Assembly (NCBI RefSeq): GCF_964355755.1
Contig: NC_092678.1
Coordinates: 4,108,422-4,172,421 of the forward strand
Length of the DNA: 64,000 bases
Source of the DNA: Antedon mediterranea
Lineage: Eukaryota; Animalia; Echinodermata
Direction of reading: 5' to 3'
Below are positions 1 to 13,218 of this stretch, one piece after another; position 1 is the first letter of the stretch; each line of letters opens with the position of its first letter. A program made the translations under genes and the position numbers. The notes under the pieces are model-generated. The model was not told where the DNA came from and ran no database searches. It worked only from the letters and a program-made list of their open reading frames with translations.

Positions 1-1515
1 GTCACAGAATAATGCATGATTAGGTCACGTTTTCAATTGTGGTATAATTAATGAACACAGCTGAAACAAACATAATTAAACAAAAAAATGTCATTGATGT
101 CACGTTTAATGACGCATGCTTTTATAATTAATTACTTTGTACAATATTATAATAAAACAAAAAGAAGCCTTCGATGGTTTTATCGAATCTACAAACTTTG
201 TAATAAACATACACTACAGTATCATTATAATATAATGCTCTGTAAAATTGTGCACCCTATGGATTGGATATTAGCAGTATTTGTCTGTGATGGCGCTAGT
301 TACAATCGTATTGTATAAACGGGCATAAATAGGGAGGAGGGTTTGCTATTGTAACAAGCCAGATATTTATGTATATATTTCTTTTTTATGTCATGTATGA
401 ATTTAGGTGAATTGTCGAATTTGGTTTAACTTGTCAGAAGATTTAATATTGGCCGACATCATGGGTCTATTGTTTAACTAATCTGGTTATATGTTACATT
501 GTGTTAATTTTGAGAGTATGTATGGCATTGTCTGTCAAATCAGATTGTAAAAATGTAGATACGCTGTGTGTACTTTTTATTTCAATATAAATTATGAGTA
601 CGATGTATCCACAGCTACCAAACAATTTATTGTAAATTGGAGCTTTTAGTATTAATCCGGTCACCGTGCTATTAGCACACAAAATTGACATTGGGCGACA
701 CAACAGAATCTAGTGTGTGCTTTAATGTTTCTCGTTAAAAATAGACGATCTAAATCCCTTTCTTCTCATTGCATTCTGTTAATGTCGGTAAGATCTCGTA
801 ACGAAAGTGAATATATAGATTTATAATATTAACTACTAAACTTGAATTTTTTCGCCAATTGTCAGTGTCATGTTACTCTGACAACTCCATTAAGTAAAAA
901 CAATGATGAGGCCATTACTCGCTAGAGTATGTTTTACCATCAGATTTTAAAAATTGTGGATTGTCATTAATTTGAAGTGCGTTCACCGTTACGCGTAAAT
1001 CAGGTGCCTGCTGCATGCATAAAAGTAAACGCTTTACGCGGAAACATTGGGTATCAAATGATAATTAGCATAAACACTCGTCATAGGTTGATAATGTGTT
1101 ACGTGACTGTCTTAAACACATTTAAATCTCAGTTTCTTAATGCCTGTGTGTAAACAACCTGTTTTCCACTTTACATCGTAGCTAATTGGCGTTGCACTAA
1201 GAACGTTCACTATTACTACGCATAACCATGGCATTTCTCAGTGCTGTACATACTAAAGGTATCATCTAAATTATTTTCCACGCATTTTGCTTGAAATATG
1301 TTTATCTGGCTAACGAAATGTGGTAAAGAATTACGTTTATATTTTCGTCAACCATCCTTTTAAGAATTCGTTTTGGAATCAATATTGTTAATGGTAATCT
1401 TAACTCAAAATCGATAGTAGACAATAATATATGTTACTGTTCTACTTGGAAAGTGAAGTATTAAATGTCTATGTCTACGTAAAATAGATATTAGCTCAGA
1501 ACGTTTAAAAAACGT

Positions 1516-1630
1516 TACTATCATTATTTGTGCGGGAAAGCTCTACTATCATTATTTGTACACGTAAGCTTTACTATCATTATTTGTACGCACAAGCTTT
1601 ATCAATTTTTCTACGCGTAAGCTTTACTAT
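1516..1630. repeat. ~28-bp tandem repeat, ~4 degenerate copies
   Basis: tactatcattatttgtacacgtaagctt-like units. Confidence 0.7.
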
Positions 1631-1761
1631 AATTGTTTTTATGATCACTCAGATTCACCTGATAATATTAATTATGTATGAAGTACAATGTGAGTAGAGG
1701 CTAATACGACCCAAAGCTGTACCCCTTCTTGAAATTCTCATGTCTACTCTTGAAGACCTAC

Positions 1762-3590
1762 TTTAGCCAGAGAGGTCATTCTTGTAGAGCTATCGTCCGA
1801 GCAAACTTGACCATCTCTCTGTGTGACCTAACAGTAACACAATTATGAAGAATCAATAACAATAACAGGTAGTTCACTTCGCAGCATGAACCAGTATTTG
1901 CGTTTTAAATTTTAACACAATTACTAAACATACACCTTGTGCTAGGCTGGGTAAAGTAAAGAAACTCAAGGCCTAACATAACTGCGATAACCTGTTCGAA
2001 ATTTATGTTGGAATGGTCTTATAACGAAAACAAGAGTATATACCCTAAGGAAAGTAAATAATACTACAGAGGTAATAAACAAACCCAATAAACGTGTGCT
2101 AAAGATTATCGTATCGTCTGATCAATTATCATTTTAAATTTACCAAAGTTGAATGGAATCTAGAATTACAGAAAATTCTCTAAACTTGGTGCTATCAATT
2201 TTTTTATATTTTAATCAACCGGTTCTAATAATAATCATTTGGTCGAACTGTTGTTTCTATTAATAACAAAAAGACACTTTTTTGTCGATGTTAAGAAAAA
2301 TAAATGTTGTGTCCTTTTAAATGACTTTCTTTTTAATCGTTTTCTTTTGAGTTCCTTCATTGTTTGTATGTAACTCATAATCTATCTATTTGTCCATACA
2401 ATTCTGTATTCTTTTTGTGTTGTTGGATGTTTCTCTATTTCATGACATGTATATCACAATTGTTCATATTAATTTATTTCTTGAAAGAAGAGTAACTTTA
2501 CATTGGTAAACGGTAACCAAAATGTATTGTGCTCTATGCTATATGATTCCTATGCGATTTAGTGCGCTTTAAGAAATTATGAAGTAGGCCTATTTGAAGA
2601 AATAATTTTTAAACTAGGAAAGGAAATGTTTTCATAGCTCATAACATGATCCAGTTAGTTTTCTATTTCCATTTTCCCTTCACAGAAATGTTTATAAATT
2701 ATCATTAGCTGAATGAATGATAAACCTCATTGCATCTTTGATTATTATTTCCTTAGGTAATGTAATTTCTTTAGTTTGTGAGGTAATGGAATTTGTATCG
2801 TTTTAAAACGAAATGCGATCGATTTTGGATTGTTAGTAACTATACACCAAGTGGGTAAGTATACTGACATTTCTGCCTTTATGGTGACGCATACGCATCT
2901 TACGTACTTTAAATTTCAAGTTAATTCATTATATTAAGCATAATATCGAAATGATAAATACATTTTGATGAGAATCGGAATGCTATGATACGTTGATGGA
3001 CCATTACTAAATAGCCCTTACTATTTTGTTATCCCATTGTGTGCGTGTAAAATCCACAAAGACAGCAGAGTACAATTAAAACAACAAGATACAAAACAAA
3101 AACAGGTTTACGTGTTCAAATGAAAATCTATCATTATCTACAACATTAAATATAGACCACCTTAATTATACATCGTTTAACAACAGCTAGGCTATATATC
3201 GTTTTAGATAGATAATAGTAATACATTCATGGTATTACACAATACTGATTTTACGGCTTGTTAACAAACGTAATTTGTTGTGATACAGTTATTATCTTTA
3301 TTTTTATATCAATATCTTTAATTTTTAAATTTTAATTATGATGTGAAACGCTTGATCAATTTAGAAAACTGCTATTATACGCAATTCATGGTTTTTTTTA
3401 AAAAATAAAAATAATATTTACTTACATGGTCCGTAAAGAAAAGTCGGCTAGTTATGTCCTCGTTGAATATAATTGTTTCAGTTTCAAGAAGAGGGTCTAA
3501 TTCATAGCAGGATGAAGTACGCCCGCGGAGAACTTCCCATACAGTCCGATCGTTCTCTGTGCTAGTGAGCGTGGATGCGGAACCAGAGTA
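1762..3590 (-). other. Possible 5' exons of a minus-strand gene continuing beyond the left window edge
   Basis: A 66-nt exon at 1827..1762 is bounded by ...ctgttag and gtaggt and reads VTQRDGQVCSDDSSTRMTSLAK. An upstream donor-terminated segment ends at 3426 (CAT|gtaagt) in the same frame but has no ATG. No recognisable homology. Confidence 0.3.
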
Positions 3591-4226
3591 GAATTTATCG
3601 TATTAAATCAATTGATAAATGTCACGATATAGCGAAATGTTACTAATGCTTGTAAAGCAAAGCGCCGGGTCAGTACGAAATCAAATACTGACAAAAGCAG
3701 CATGAACTCAATTCAGTGACGACGACGATGATGAGCAAAAATTAAGTTACAACCACATAATGAAACGGCACAACTTAATGCTTACAATTAGATACAATAG
3801 CCACGGAAGTATAATAACCAATCATTTCGAAAGAGACACTATTCAATAAGTCTATCATGTATGAACTTTTACATTCAATATGGTGGAAGTTCGTCTGTAA
3901 ATTACACATTATAATGATTACATTATGTAAATAAACACAAAGGTTATTTATATCCAGCGGAAAATATTACAAACTTCCGTCAAAGTTAATAGCATTCCAG
4001 GTCATAGACCTATGTTATCGGTCTACACACATTATAACATTGGGCCTATACATGGAAAGTCGTCTGGACCAATATTGAGACATGTGACCAAAAGAAGCAC
4101 GGGATACAGCTCAAACGTAAATGAAAGTCGTCTGAACGGATATCAATCCGTGAAACCAGAAGCAATGCTGCTACAACAAATCAAAGTCGTCTGAACCGAT
4201 GTCAAGTCGTGCAATAAAAAAAAAGC

Positions 4227-4545
4227 ACGGGATACACTGCTACAACGAAAGTTGTCTGAACCAATATCAAGTCGTTCTATACACGGGATACACTGCTACA
4301 ACGAAAGTTGTCTGAACCAATATCAAGTCGTTCTATACACGTGATACACTGCTACAACGAAAGTCGTCTGAACCAATATCAAGTCGTTCTATACACGGGA
4401 TACACTGCTACAACGAAAGTTGTCTCAACCAATATTCAAGTCGTTATATACACTGGATACACTGCTACAACGAAAGTCGTCTGAACTGTTATCAAGTCGT
4501 GCTATACACGTGATGCGCTGCGACACGAAAGTTGTCTGAACGGAT
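4227..4545. repeat. 56-bp minisatellite, ~5.5 copies, with degenerate units upstream to ~4050
   Basis: Unit gatacactgctacaacgaaagttgtctgaaccaatatcaagtcgttctatacacgg starts at 4231 and 4287, and continues. Confidence 0.9.
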
Positions 4546-5647
4546 GTTTATCAAAATGAGCCTCAACCACTATGCGTCCCGTCAAAACTATGAATGCATT
4601 TGCACCTTGACATTGATATTTATACGATATCACGACTATAAATCATCCAGTAATGGAAAGCCTGTGATAGATGTCTATACCAAAAACATTCACAACATAC
4701 AGATTGTGATGTTTATGTACGCGTAGTTTTCGATGGAATTTCAACCAAAACACGATGTGAACACATAAAATCAATCCCTATTGTAAATAAATATAAACAA
4801 CAGCATTTCGCCGCATGTGTTAATAGACCTATCCGACATGCAGCAGCTAGTGTCATCAATGATTTGTATTTGTACACGTCATTCAGACGTTGTGTTTGGT
4901 CCAACTCTTAGCTAACTTCAAACAAACGTATCATGTGATCTAAACAAACATGTTCACTGGTTTAAAGTGTACTGAATATATACATTTATTGACCTTTAAC
5001 CCTCTCGTTTTTTTTTGCTCCGCCTGTTTAAATAAATATCCATTTTTACGTATTTGTATTAGTTTGGCGTAGTAGCAAGGAAAGGGAGTCGTGCGTCCGA
5101 ACCACCATTCAGAGTCCAGCCCCCACGACCTGATTACGGCAATAAAGCCAATTTCAAGACTTAGTTGGTACTGTCCTATATCGATTCGAATGGCACATGC
5201 TATCAGACCTTTGTGATAGCCACGCGAAAGAACATTTGGCCGCAACTTAAGTGTGTTCTTACATCAAATATTGATATTGAATGGTATACACTAATGTAAA
5301 CCATTACAAAATGCTGAGAAATATGTTGATATAGTAGTCTGATAGGCCGGATACATTTCTACGTATAATACACGTCGTAGATGACGTAGTGTGGGAGTGA
5401 GATTATCATTGTTATCCTAATCATTGATTTAAACTATACTTTAAAACAAACTGATGGTGATTTAACGAAATCAGTGTGTTAGGCAAAATAACCCCAGACT
5501 TAAGCAAAATGTTTTACTAAGATGTAATCAGAATGTGTGGATCAGTGTTTGTGGATTTGTCTAGTATCACTATTGTTATTTCACATTAGTTTAGATGTTT
5601 AGACAGCAACCTACATGCTTGCAATCCAACTGTTGGGTTTTCAATTC

Positions 5648-6071
5648 AGATTAAAGGGAAGGTCCGGAGATTAAATAACAAATCTGGAGATTAAAGGGCA
5701 AGTCCGGAGAGTAAAGAACAAGTCTGGAGATTAAAGAACAAGTCCGGAGGTTAAAGAACAAGTCTGGAGATTAAAGGGCAAGTCCGGTGAGTAAAAGACA
5801 AGTCTGGAGATTAAAGGGTAAGTCCGGAGATTAAAGAACAAGTCTGAAGATTAAAGGGCAAGTCCAGAGAATAAAGGGCAAGTCCGGAGAGTAAAGGACA
5901 AGTCCGGAGATTAAAGGGCAAGTCCGGAGAGTAAAGGACAAGTCCGGAGAGTAAAGGACAAGTCCGGAGATTAAAGGGCAAGTCTGGAGATTAAAGGGCA
6001 AGTCCAGAGAGTAAAGGACAAGTCTGGAGATTAAAGGGCAAGTCCAGAGAGTAAAAGACAAGTCTGGAGAT
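5648..6071. repeat. 20-bp minisatellite, ~21 copies
   Basis: Unit agtccggagattaaagggca with variants; explains ORF 5831..6061. Confidence 0.95.
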
Positions 6072-6149
6072 TTAAAAACGTCGTGAATTTATAGTAATGT
6101 AATAAAACAGAAGGAAGTCGCGTCTGCAGCACGCGTATCGTCGAAACGT

Positions 6150-6629
6150 TTTTCATACTTTTTTGTAATGTTTGTTTTTATGGTAATACAATGCAAAAAG
6201 ATAAAATTAAACTTAATCGAATAGGAAATAGAGCAATTAGACTAGTAGGAGAGCACTTACCTGATGTTGAATCCTTGTATAAAGAAAATGTGTTAAAAAA
6301 AGTAAAAAGTATCATTGATGATGAAACACATCCTCTTCACAAACAATTTGCTCTCATGAATTCTGGCATAAGACTACGTGCACTTAATACCAAAACAAAA
6401 CGGTTTAGGTGCTCGTTTGTACCTAATGCTATACACTTATATAACTCCAGAGTACAAAGGTAAAATGTAACCGATAATTTTTATCTAATTTTAACAATTT
6501 TTAGCCTCTTAACTTTTTGTGTGTGTTTTTGTAAATTGTATTTTATATTTTTGTATTTTGCCAGTTTTCAAATCACATTTCTGTTTTTTAAATGGACAAT
6601 AAAGTATATATGACTATGACTATGACTAT
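6150..6629 (+). mobile_element. 5'-truncated Rex1/Babar-type LINE 3' end
   Basis: ORF 6191..6463 contains HPLHKQF..SGIRLR..TKRFRCSFVPNAI, typical of the Rex1/Babar RT C-terminus. It is followed by AATAAA and a (TGACTA)n tail at ~6611-6629. Confidence 0.75.
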
Positions 6630-9600
6630 AAAGTGTTTAGTAAAAGGCGCGAAAATTATAGGAAAAAATGCGTGAAAACTAAATGCGCAAAAACTATAAA
6701 TAGATTGTCTAGCGAGAAACTAATCTCGTATGTAATTATAAAACAAACTCTTCTGATTTTAGTGCGTGTTAAATCGGCGCTTATGAATGTCATTTGTCTA
6801 TGATGTTTAATTAGAAAAATGACACAATCTTTAAACAGTAATTAAATTTATATGTCAATCTATAATTGAATATAAAGAATAGTAATTAAAAACAGAGAGA
6901 GGTTGTAGGTTCAAATCCAATATTGCGCTACATGACCAATACATTGTTACAGGATCCAATTTTGCAAGTTTATGGAGAAAGAGAAAACAACAATTTTAAG
7001 TATTAGATATTTGTAGCCACGAGGTACTGTATAGTATTATATTATGTTAATACAAATGTGTTTACTTTGCTACAGGAGAGAGAGAGGGACCTTTCGTAAT
7101 ATTAATCTAATTTGAAGGATTTATTTTAATCCAAAGCCAAGTACTCGAAATAGATTAAATCTTAAGATTAAATTTGCAGATATAGCGATAAGTATTGCAA
7201 TCATAATCGTATTGGTTGAAATGTATTTGTATATGTAAAAAGTATTGAATCTTCATTCTCTCCATTCTATCGATTTATTCGTATATTCATTCATCAATCC
7301 ACATTTCCTGTCTATTGATTGGTCGCGTGAAAGTTTATCTTTGTGCGCCTTTTCTTCACTATTGTAGTGGTGAAGAAGAAACAGCAAATTGCAAGGTAAT
7401 TTGGCCAATCACAAGCTGCAGTTTAAATGATTTGATCTGATTGGTACAGCACATTTTATCAATAAGAAATGATTGCAAAATTGTATAATTCATAAGCTTA
7501 ATACCTCAATAACTACGTTACGTAATATCACAGTTGTTTCAAGGCAATTTAACAACAGGATGCTGTTCTCCAGAGATCAAAGAATTTATCTGTGGCTGCG
7601 ATATGATCAGTTCCACGCCCCTTAACAGACACCGCGCGCCGCGGAGAATATGTATAAAGTACAGTGCTGTTGGTATTTTTCGCAGTCAGTCATAAGATCA
7701 AAGGACTGTTACGAGTTCCATCTTAGCAAGGCAAGCTCAGTGTCCTGATGTTAGATTGCCTTGGTTCCTCAATGTACTTTTGTATCATGAATGTGACCAT
7801 GAAATCTTAATAGTAGCATACGGTCTTCAAAAAGGTTTCTTGGTTTCATCCATACATTAACTTGATCTGCAAATAGTATTATGCTTGGCCACTTCGACGC
7901 GTCCTCTTTTTGATGAAAAGCCGCTTTATAGTAATTTGTCACTATTTATCATACATTTTAACTGTCGATGATGTGATTACTAGTCACTTATAATGTATAA
8001 TGTTATTTTTGTGACATTATTCTCGGTTAATTATGGGAATTGGTCGTTTAAGACGACATAATAGTAAAACAAATTGTACTTATTTTTAAATATTATTATG
8101 GATGGTGTCCTTGGATAATGTTTTACAAATTGCATTTTCCATTCAAACTGTCCTTGTCATATAATGTTCAAACTATATTTTAGCGTAAAAAGAAAATTCA
8201 CAAATAAGGCCTAGGTTGACATTGTCACTGATAAAACAGAACACAAAGTTAACACGCGCGTATAAAGTGGTTAGGTCGACGTGTTGTCAGTGACAGCACA
8301 ACACAAGGTTTACGCGCGTGTATATAAGTGGATCATTGGTAACACTACAAAACAACACAATGTCAACGCGTATAAAAGGTGTTTAGTAACACCATTTGAA
8401 TGGGAGACCGTATTACGTGAGGAATTATGATACGTATTTTTACCAATTATTTTTTACATTTGTAATTGGTAAAGTATTACATTAATTTAGTGTAAACGAG
8501 TACGATGTTGTTGTGTTGTGATTTATTGATTTATTTGTTGAATTAGTGTTACGATTTAATTAAAAGGGCTTTTTAAAACGAGTGACTGGTTACAGATATG
8601 TTTTTTTTTCGTTTTACAAAAAAAAATGTGTTTATAAAACTGTTAGCGACTGTACAGTATGTGTGTTATAGCTTTAAGAGACACTGCTCCGGGTTATAAC
8701 ATCCACAAGAAACACAAACATTAACTATTTTAAACCATCCTTCTTAGAATGAGAACGTGTTGCACCTGCGGCGAAGAAAGACGAACCACATTTCATGTTA
8801 GAAGTCCTTTTAGTTCCATAATACACTCATCATTTGACGGATGGAATCTTTCCCATTAACCGAAGATTACCATCACTCAATTATTAAATTAATTAATCGT
8901 GCCATGTACGCGCACTCTCATGGTTGCCAATCAACCATTCTGCATAATTCCAAACATCCAGTCTATTTTCGAGCGATTTGTCCTTCGACAGATATTCAAA
9001 TAATGTTGAAACAATATTGTTCCTTGGAAATTCTAAGCATCTAAGTGTTATATCAACTTGCTAACGTAATTCCAATATGAACTGTCCTACTTTGTGTTTT
9101 AACACGCTAATGTTTTTTTTCTTCTGAGTATCAGTGTTTTAAGTTTGTTACCGTCGATTAGTAAGATAACGTCTTTATGTATGCTTAAATGTAAACTACA
9201 GTAATCATTTTGTTTGAGTTTCGTGATTCCACTTTTCGCCTTCAGTTTAATGCAATTGATGTGACGTTATATAGATTGAGTGCTATTGATACTGCAGAAT
9301 GCTTATTCGCGCGGTAAAGCGTCTCGTTTTCATGGTTACGTTTACGCATTGAGAGGGCCCTTGACGTCATGTTTTATTTATAGCATACTGCACACATCCT
9401 TTTTTGAAATTCGTATAAGAATTAGACAAATATAATAATGCATTGTTGTCTTCTGTAACTTTATTCTCTTGTCGGGTAGCCTACCTCCTGCAGCTCTTAG
9501 TAGAGAATTCCTAAAAATCTTCTCTGTTAAACTATTCTGTTCAGAGTGGGCCCTAATAAAAAGCAAGATCATGTTCGAACAGTAATGTTTAATGCTCGAC

Positions 9601-9834
9601 ACAATCAGTTTTTAGTCGCTTGCAAACTCAAATTTTCGCACGCGACTGTAGCCTTCGCCTCGTCAGAATTAGTAGCCTACTAGATGTTTTTTTTTATCTG
9701 CGCGCCGCACACATTTCAATAGGGATAGGCCTACTACCTAAATAAAAATTACCAGTAAAAACCAATTTAAAACATTAGTGGGTTTTTAGCTTTTCAGTCG
9801 ATCCACATCTATTTTCAGCTTGTTCAAATTATAT

Positions 9835-9884
9835 AGGCCAATTTATGTACACGAGCGGTAACGGTAAACGATGTAAATTGGCCT
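9835..9884. mobile_element. Internally deleted MITE; same family as 15185..15342
   Basis: TIR ggccaattta...taaattggcc with shared internal acgagcggtaacgg. Confidence 0.55.
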
Positions 9885-10523
9885 TAATTTTATGTACATA
9901 TTTTTATTTTTCCCGCCTTTTTACTACTTATACTTACTATTTTTCATACTTATGTACGTCGTGTGTTTTGAAAGACTAGAGAGGGCGCCAGGCAGTTAGA
10001 ATTTGATAATGTTTTGGACGTGACGTGTGTTAGGTATTCTAGCCTAGTCTTACAATAATTACTGTTTTTTCTGCTGTATTAGTGTAAATATTGGTAAGAT
10101 GAGTTCTTAAAACGTTACTTTTATACATAAATTGCTCACTAAAGCAATTTTCAAATAGTAATTTTTTAAACGGAAAATGTTAGGCTAGGACTATGCTGCG
10201 CAGCGATCGCCGAAAACCTTGCGTTGTTTCTCGGTCTGAGAATTGATCTTGGCCGCTGGATTGTTGCATCGTAGCCTACGACTGCTTTACTGTTGTACTG
10301 TATCGTAGTTTCAGTAGGCCTTTTTAAAAGTAATGATTATAAATATAAAGTTTTGAGAATCCTAGAATTAATAATATTTTTGTCATAGAATTCAATATAT
10401 TGCACATGTATGTATGATAGTGATCATCAGATAGCTATATGACAGAAAAAGGCCTACTACTCTAGGCTAGTAGTAGTACTAATAATATAGACGGAAGCCA
10501 TCTTGCAGAGATGATGATAAATA

Positions 10524-10748
10524 GTCGCGACCAGCCGAGCGTAAAAAACAAAAATAACATACCGTTTTCATGGGATTTCAGGACACCAGGTTAATTAAAA
10601 AATCGTTTATGTTTTAAAAAGATTAATAAATAATAACAACATTTTACAATACTTTTTTTCTCATACGATTTTTAAATTGACATGGTGTCCTGAAATCCCC
10701 TGAAATTGCTATGTTATTTTTGTTTTTTACGGTAGGCCGGTCACGACT
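10524..10748. mobile_element. Fold-back MITE with ~90-bp imperfect inverted arms
   Basis: agtcgcgaccagcc..aaaaacaaaaataacat..gggatttcaggacacca pairs with tggtgtcctgaaatccc..atgttatttttgttttt..ggccggtcacgact. Confidence 0.7.
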
Positions 10749-11476
10749 CTTTGTCACCCACTCTGAACGATAAAAAAAAAAGTAGTGTACTACGGAAGGT
10801 ATCCTTGTTGCGACAAATGAATAAAGGCCTGTACAGCCTACAGTAGCTAGGCTATATTTCAAGATGATTATTTTCGTACTTTAGTCGTTGTATTATTTAG
10901 GTCAAAGTTTACACCCTCAGTCTTATCAATAGCCAATCATTCTAATGTAAATGTTGTATTGATACCCGAGCAATGTTTGTACTTTGCTATCTTTTCAAAG
11001 CTTTTTATTTTAAGGCCATTAATTTCTGTGCTGTTTCTGCTCTTTAGTCTTGCTGAAATAAACTTATATCTATTAAGTTTGATTATACTGATTTTGTATT
11101 GTATTATATAGGCCTATCCAAGGATATGGTCATAATTTGTCCATGTTGGGTAATTTTTAAAACGTCAACAAAGTATCAAAATGGCCACGAAATGGCCCAT
11201 TTAAATATAGATAAGTAGTCCAATAATGAGGCAAGCCATTATGGTTCAATATTTAGAACTTTAATTGTTCATATTTGTCATCTTTACTGTGCCATATAAA
11301 CAAATATGTTACAGTAGGCCCAAAGGCAAGGATTTGAATTAATACAGTTAGTATCTTTTAATTCTTTTCATTAAGTAATACACTGACATATAATTTTAAT
11401 GCCAAATAAAATGTTATAAACTTTAGAGGCTGCAAACTTATTGTTGCTGGTTGTTTATTTAACACAGACCATTCTA

Positions 11477-13218
11477 ATGTTGATGGGAGTGCAGGTAAAT
11501 AAAACAGCCATTTTGCTGCTGATAGCTGCAGTCCTAACACTTCTGTTTATCTACTACCCTTCCGTCTCATCCGACAAACAATCTGAGCTCAGCCGAGTGA
11601 ATGCAGTGGAAAATTTCGCTAAAGAAGCTTTAGAGGATAAATTACGTGTGTTTGGAGGCGCAAATGAGGAAGGGAAACTTATGAATATGACGTGGGAAGA
11701 TATAAAAGATAGTGCATTGCACAACACCAAGCTGACCTTAACCGAAGAGAAGTTTGAATTAAAGGGTTTCGGCCAGGTTTACCGTCGGGAGTGTGTAGAC
11801 AGTGAACGGGAGTCATCGGGAACGATATTACTTCTACATGGAGCGAAGTTTAATTCTGAGACATGGAAAAACCTTGGTACTCTGCATGTAATGGCAAGCT
11901 ATGGTTACAGGGTTGTGGCTATAGATCTACCAGGTAGTATAAACTGTTATATACACTAATTTATAAGCCATTTTATATGAAATCAGGGCCGTGGCCAGCA
12001 TGAGGCAGACAAGGCGGCGCTCGCCTTGTCTTAAATTTTCAATTTTCACTACCCATCCCATTCCCCAGCACAGATCGTCATATTTTAAATAATTATATTT
12101 CAAGCATCTTTGCCTCGTCTGTTTTTAACCTCTCACTACGGCCTTGGAAATATGTTTTACTTTAATGAAAAATAAAATTAGTTATTTCATTTTCGGTGTA
12201 AAACTACAGGATTCCAAGTAAGGACTGTTCTGTAGTTTTGTAGTAGTATTTCATTGACCTATTTGTACTTCAAGTGATCGATTATGGCAAACTCGGTATT
12301 ATTATTGTATTCATAACATTTTAGCAAGCAGCACAAAAGAAGATTGGTCTTCATTCAAACAATATTAATTTAATTTCTGGTAAAACATATTTCCGTAGGA
12401 GGAAGAGGGGAGACACCAGCTGGTAATGTACCTGACAAAGCTGATTTTTTAATAAATGTGATGTCAACTTTGAAGATTGAGAATCCAATATTAATAAGTC
12501 CGTCGATGAGCGGAGGATGGTCACTGCCTCTAATCATGAAACGCAGTGACTTGTTAAAGGGATATCTACCGGTCGCACCAGTCGACACAGATAAATATAA
12601 AGATGATGAATATAAAACTAATCAAGTAAGTACAGTAATACAGTAGAACAACCATTTCAGGGTCTTTCCCACTTGTTCCGGCGCCGGCAAATCGAACGTC
12701 AATGTTTCGTTTTTACGAAGCTCCATGCGAATATTCGAGTATGTGCGTAGCTGCGTGAAAACGAAACATGACGTTCAATTTGCCGTGCCGGTGTGAAAGA
12801 CCCTTAAGAGGACACATTCGTGACCCCACAAGGTTTCTTCTTAATCGAGGTATCTCCTAAATAAGGGTTTGGCGTAGTGTTAAAATAATAATAATAATAA
12901 CAGGATTTTTATAGCGTGCATACCACTCAAGAGCGCTCAAGGCGCATTAAAAAAAAAAATACAAAATTTAAACATGAAAGTGTCCTAAGAAGATGTTTTA
13001 CTTGAGTGTGTTTATTTGTATTTATTTAGATCCAGGCTCTTGTAGTATATGGCGATAAAGATACAGCTCTAGGAAGTCACTCAGCATTGAAGCTCACACT
13101 ACTACCAAACGGTCAAGTACATAAACTCAAAGATGCTAACCACGCAGCCTATCTTGACCAACCACTTGAGTTCCATCGTCTCCTTCATAATTTTGCTGAT
13201 AAGTTATTTGGAAATTAA
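11477..13218 (+). CDS. ABHD14: ABHD14-family alpha/beta hydrolase with N-terminal signal anchor (ABHD14A-like topology); 3 coding exons
   Basis: Exons 11477-11933, 12399-12625 and 13030-13218 are phase-compatible with GT-AG boundaries. Motifs: LLLHG, VVAIDLPG, nucleophile ISPSMSG, YGDKD, NHAAYLDQP. N-terminal hydrophobic segment AILLLIAAVLTLLFIYY. Confidence 0.9.
11984..12146. mobile_element. MITE in ABHD14 intron
   Basis: Imperfect TIR cagggccgtgg / ctacggccttg; flanking 5-bp duplication GAAAT. Confidence 0.55.
12659..12804. mobile_element. Hairpin MITE (PIF/Harbinger-like) in ABHD14 intron
   Basis: agggtctttcccac...gtgtgaaagaccct with near full-length self-complementarity (ccggcaaatcgaacgtc / gacgttcaatttgccg). 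Confidence 0.7.
12884..12950 (-). mobile_element. L2-like LINE/SINE 3' tail; related copy at 41433..41498 (+)
   Basis: The minus strand reads ttaatgcgccttgagcgctcttgagtgg..gctata..(tta)n, matching 41433-41498. Confidence 0.55.
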
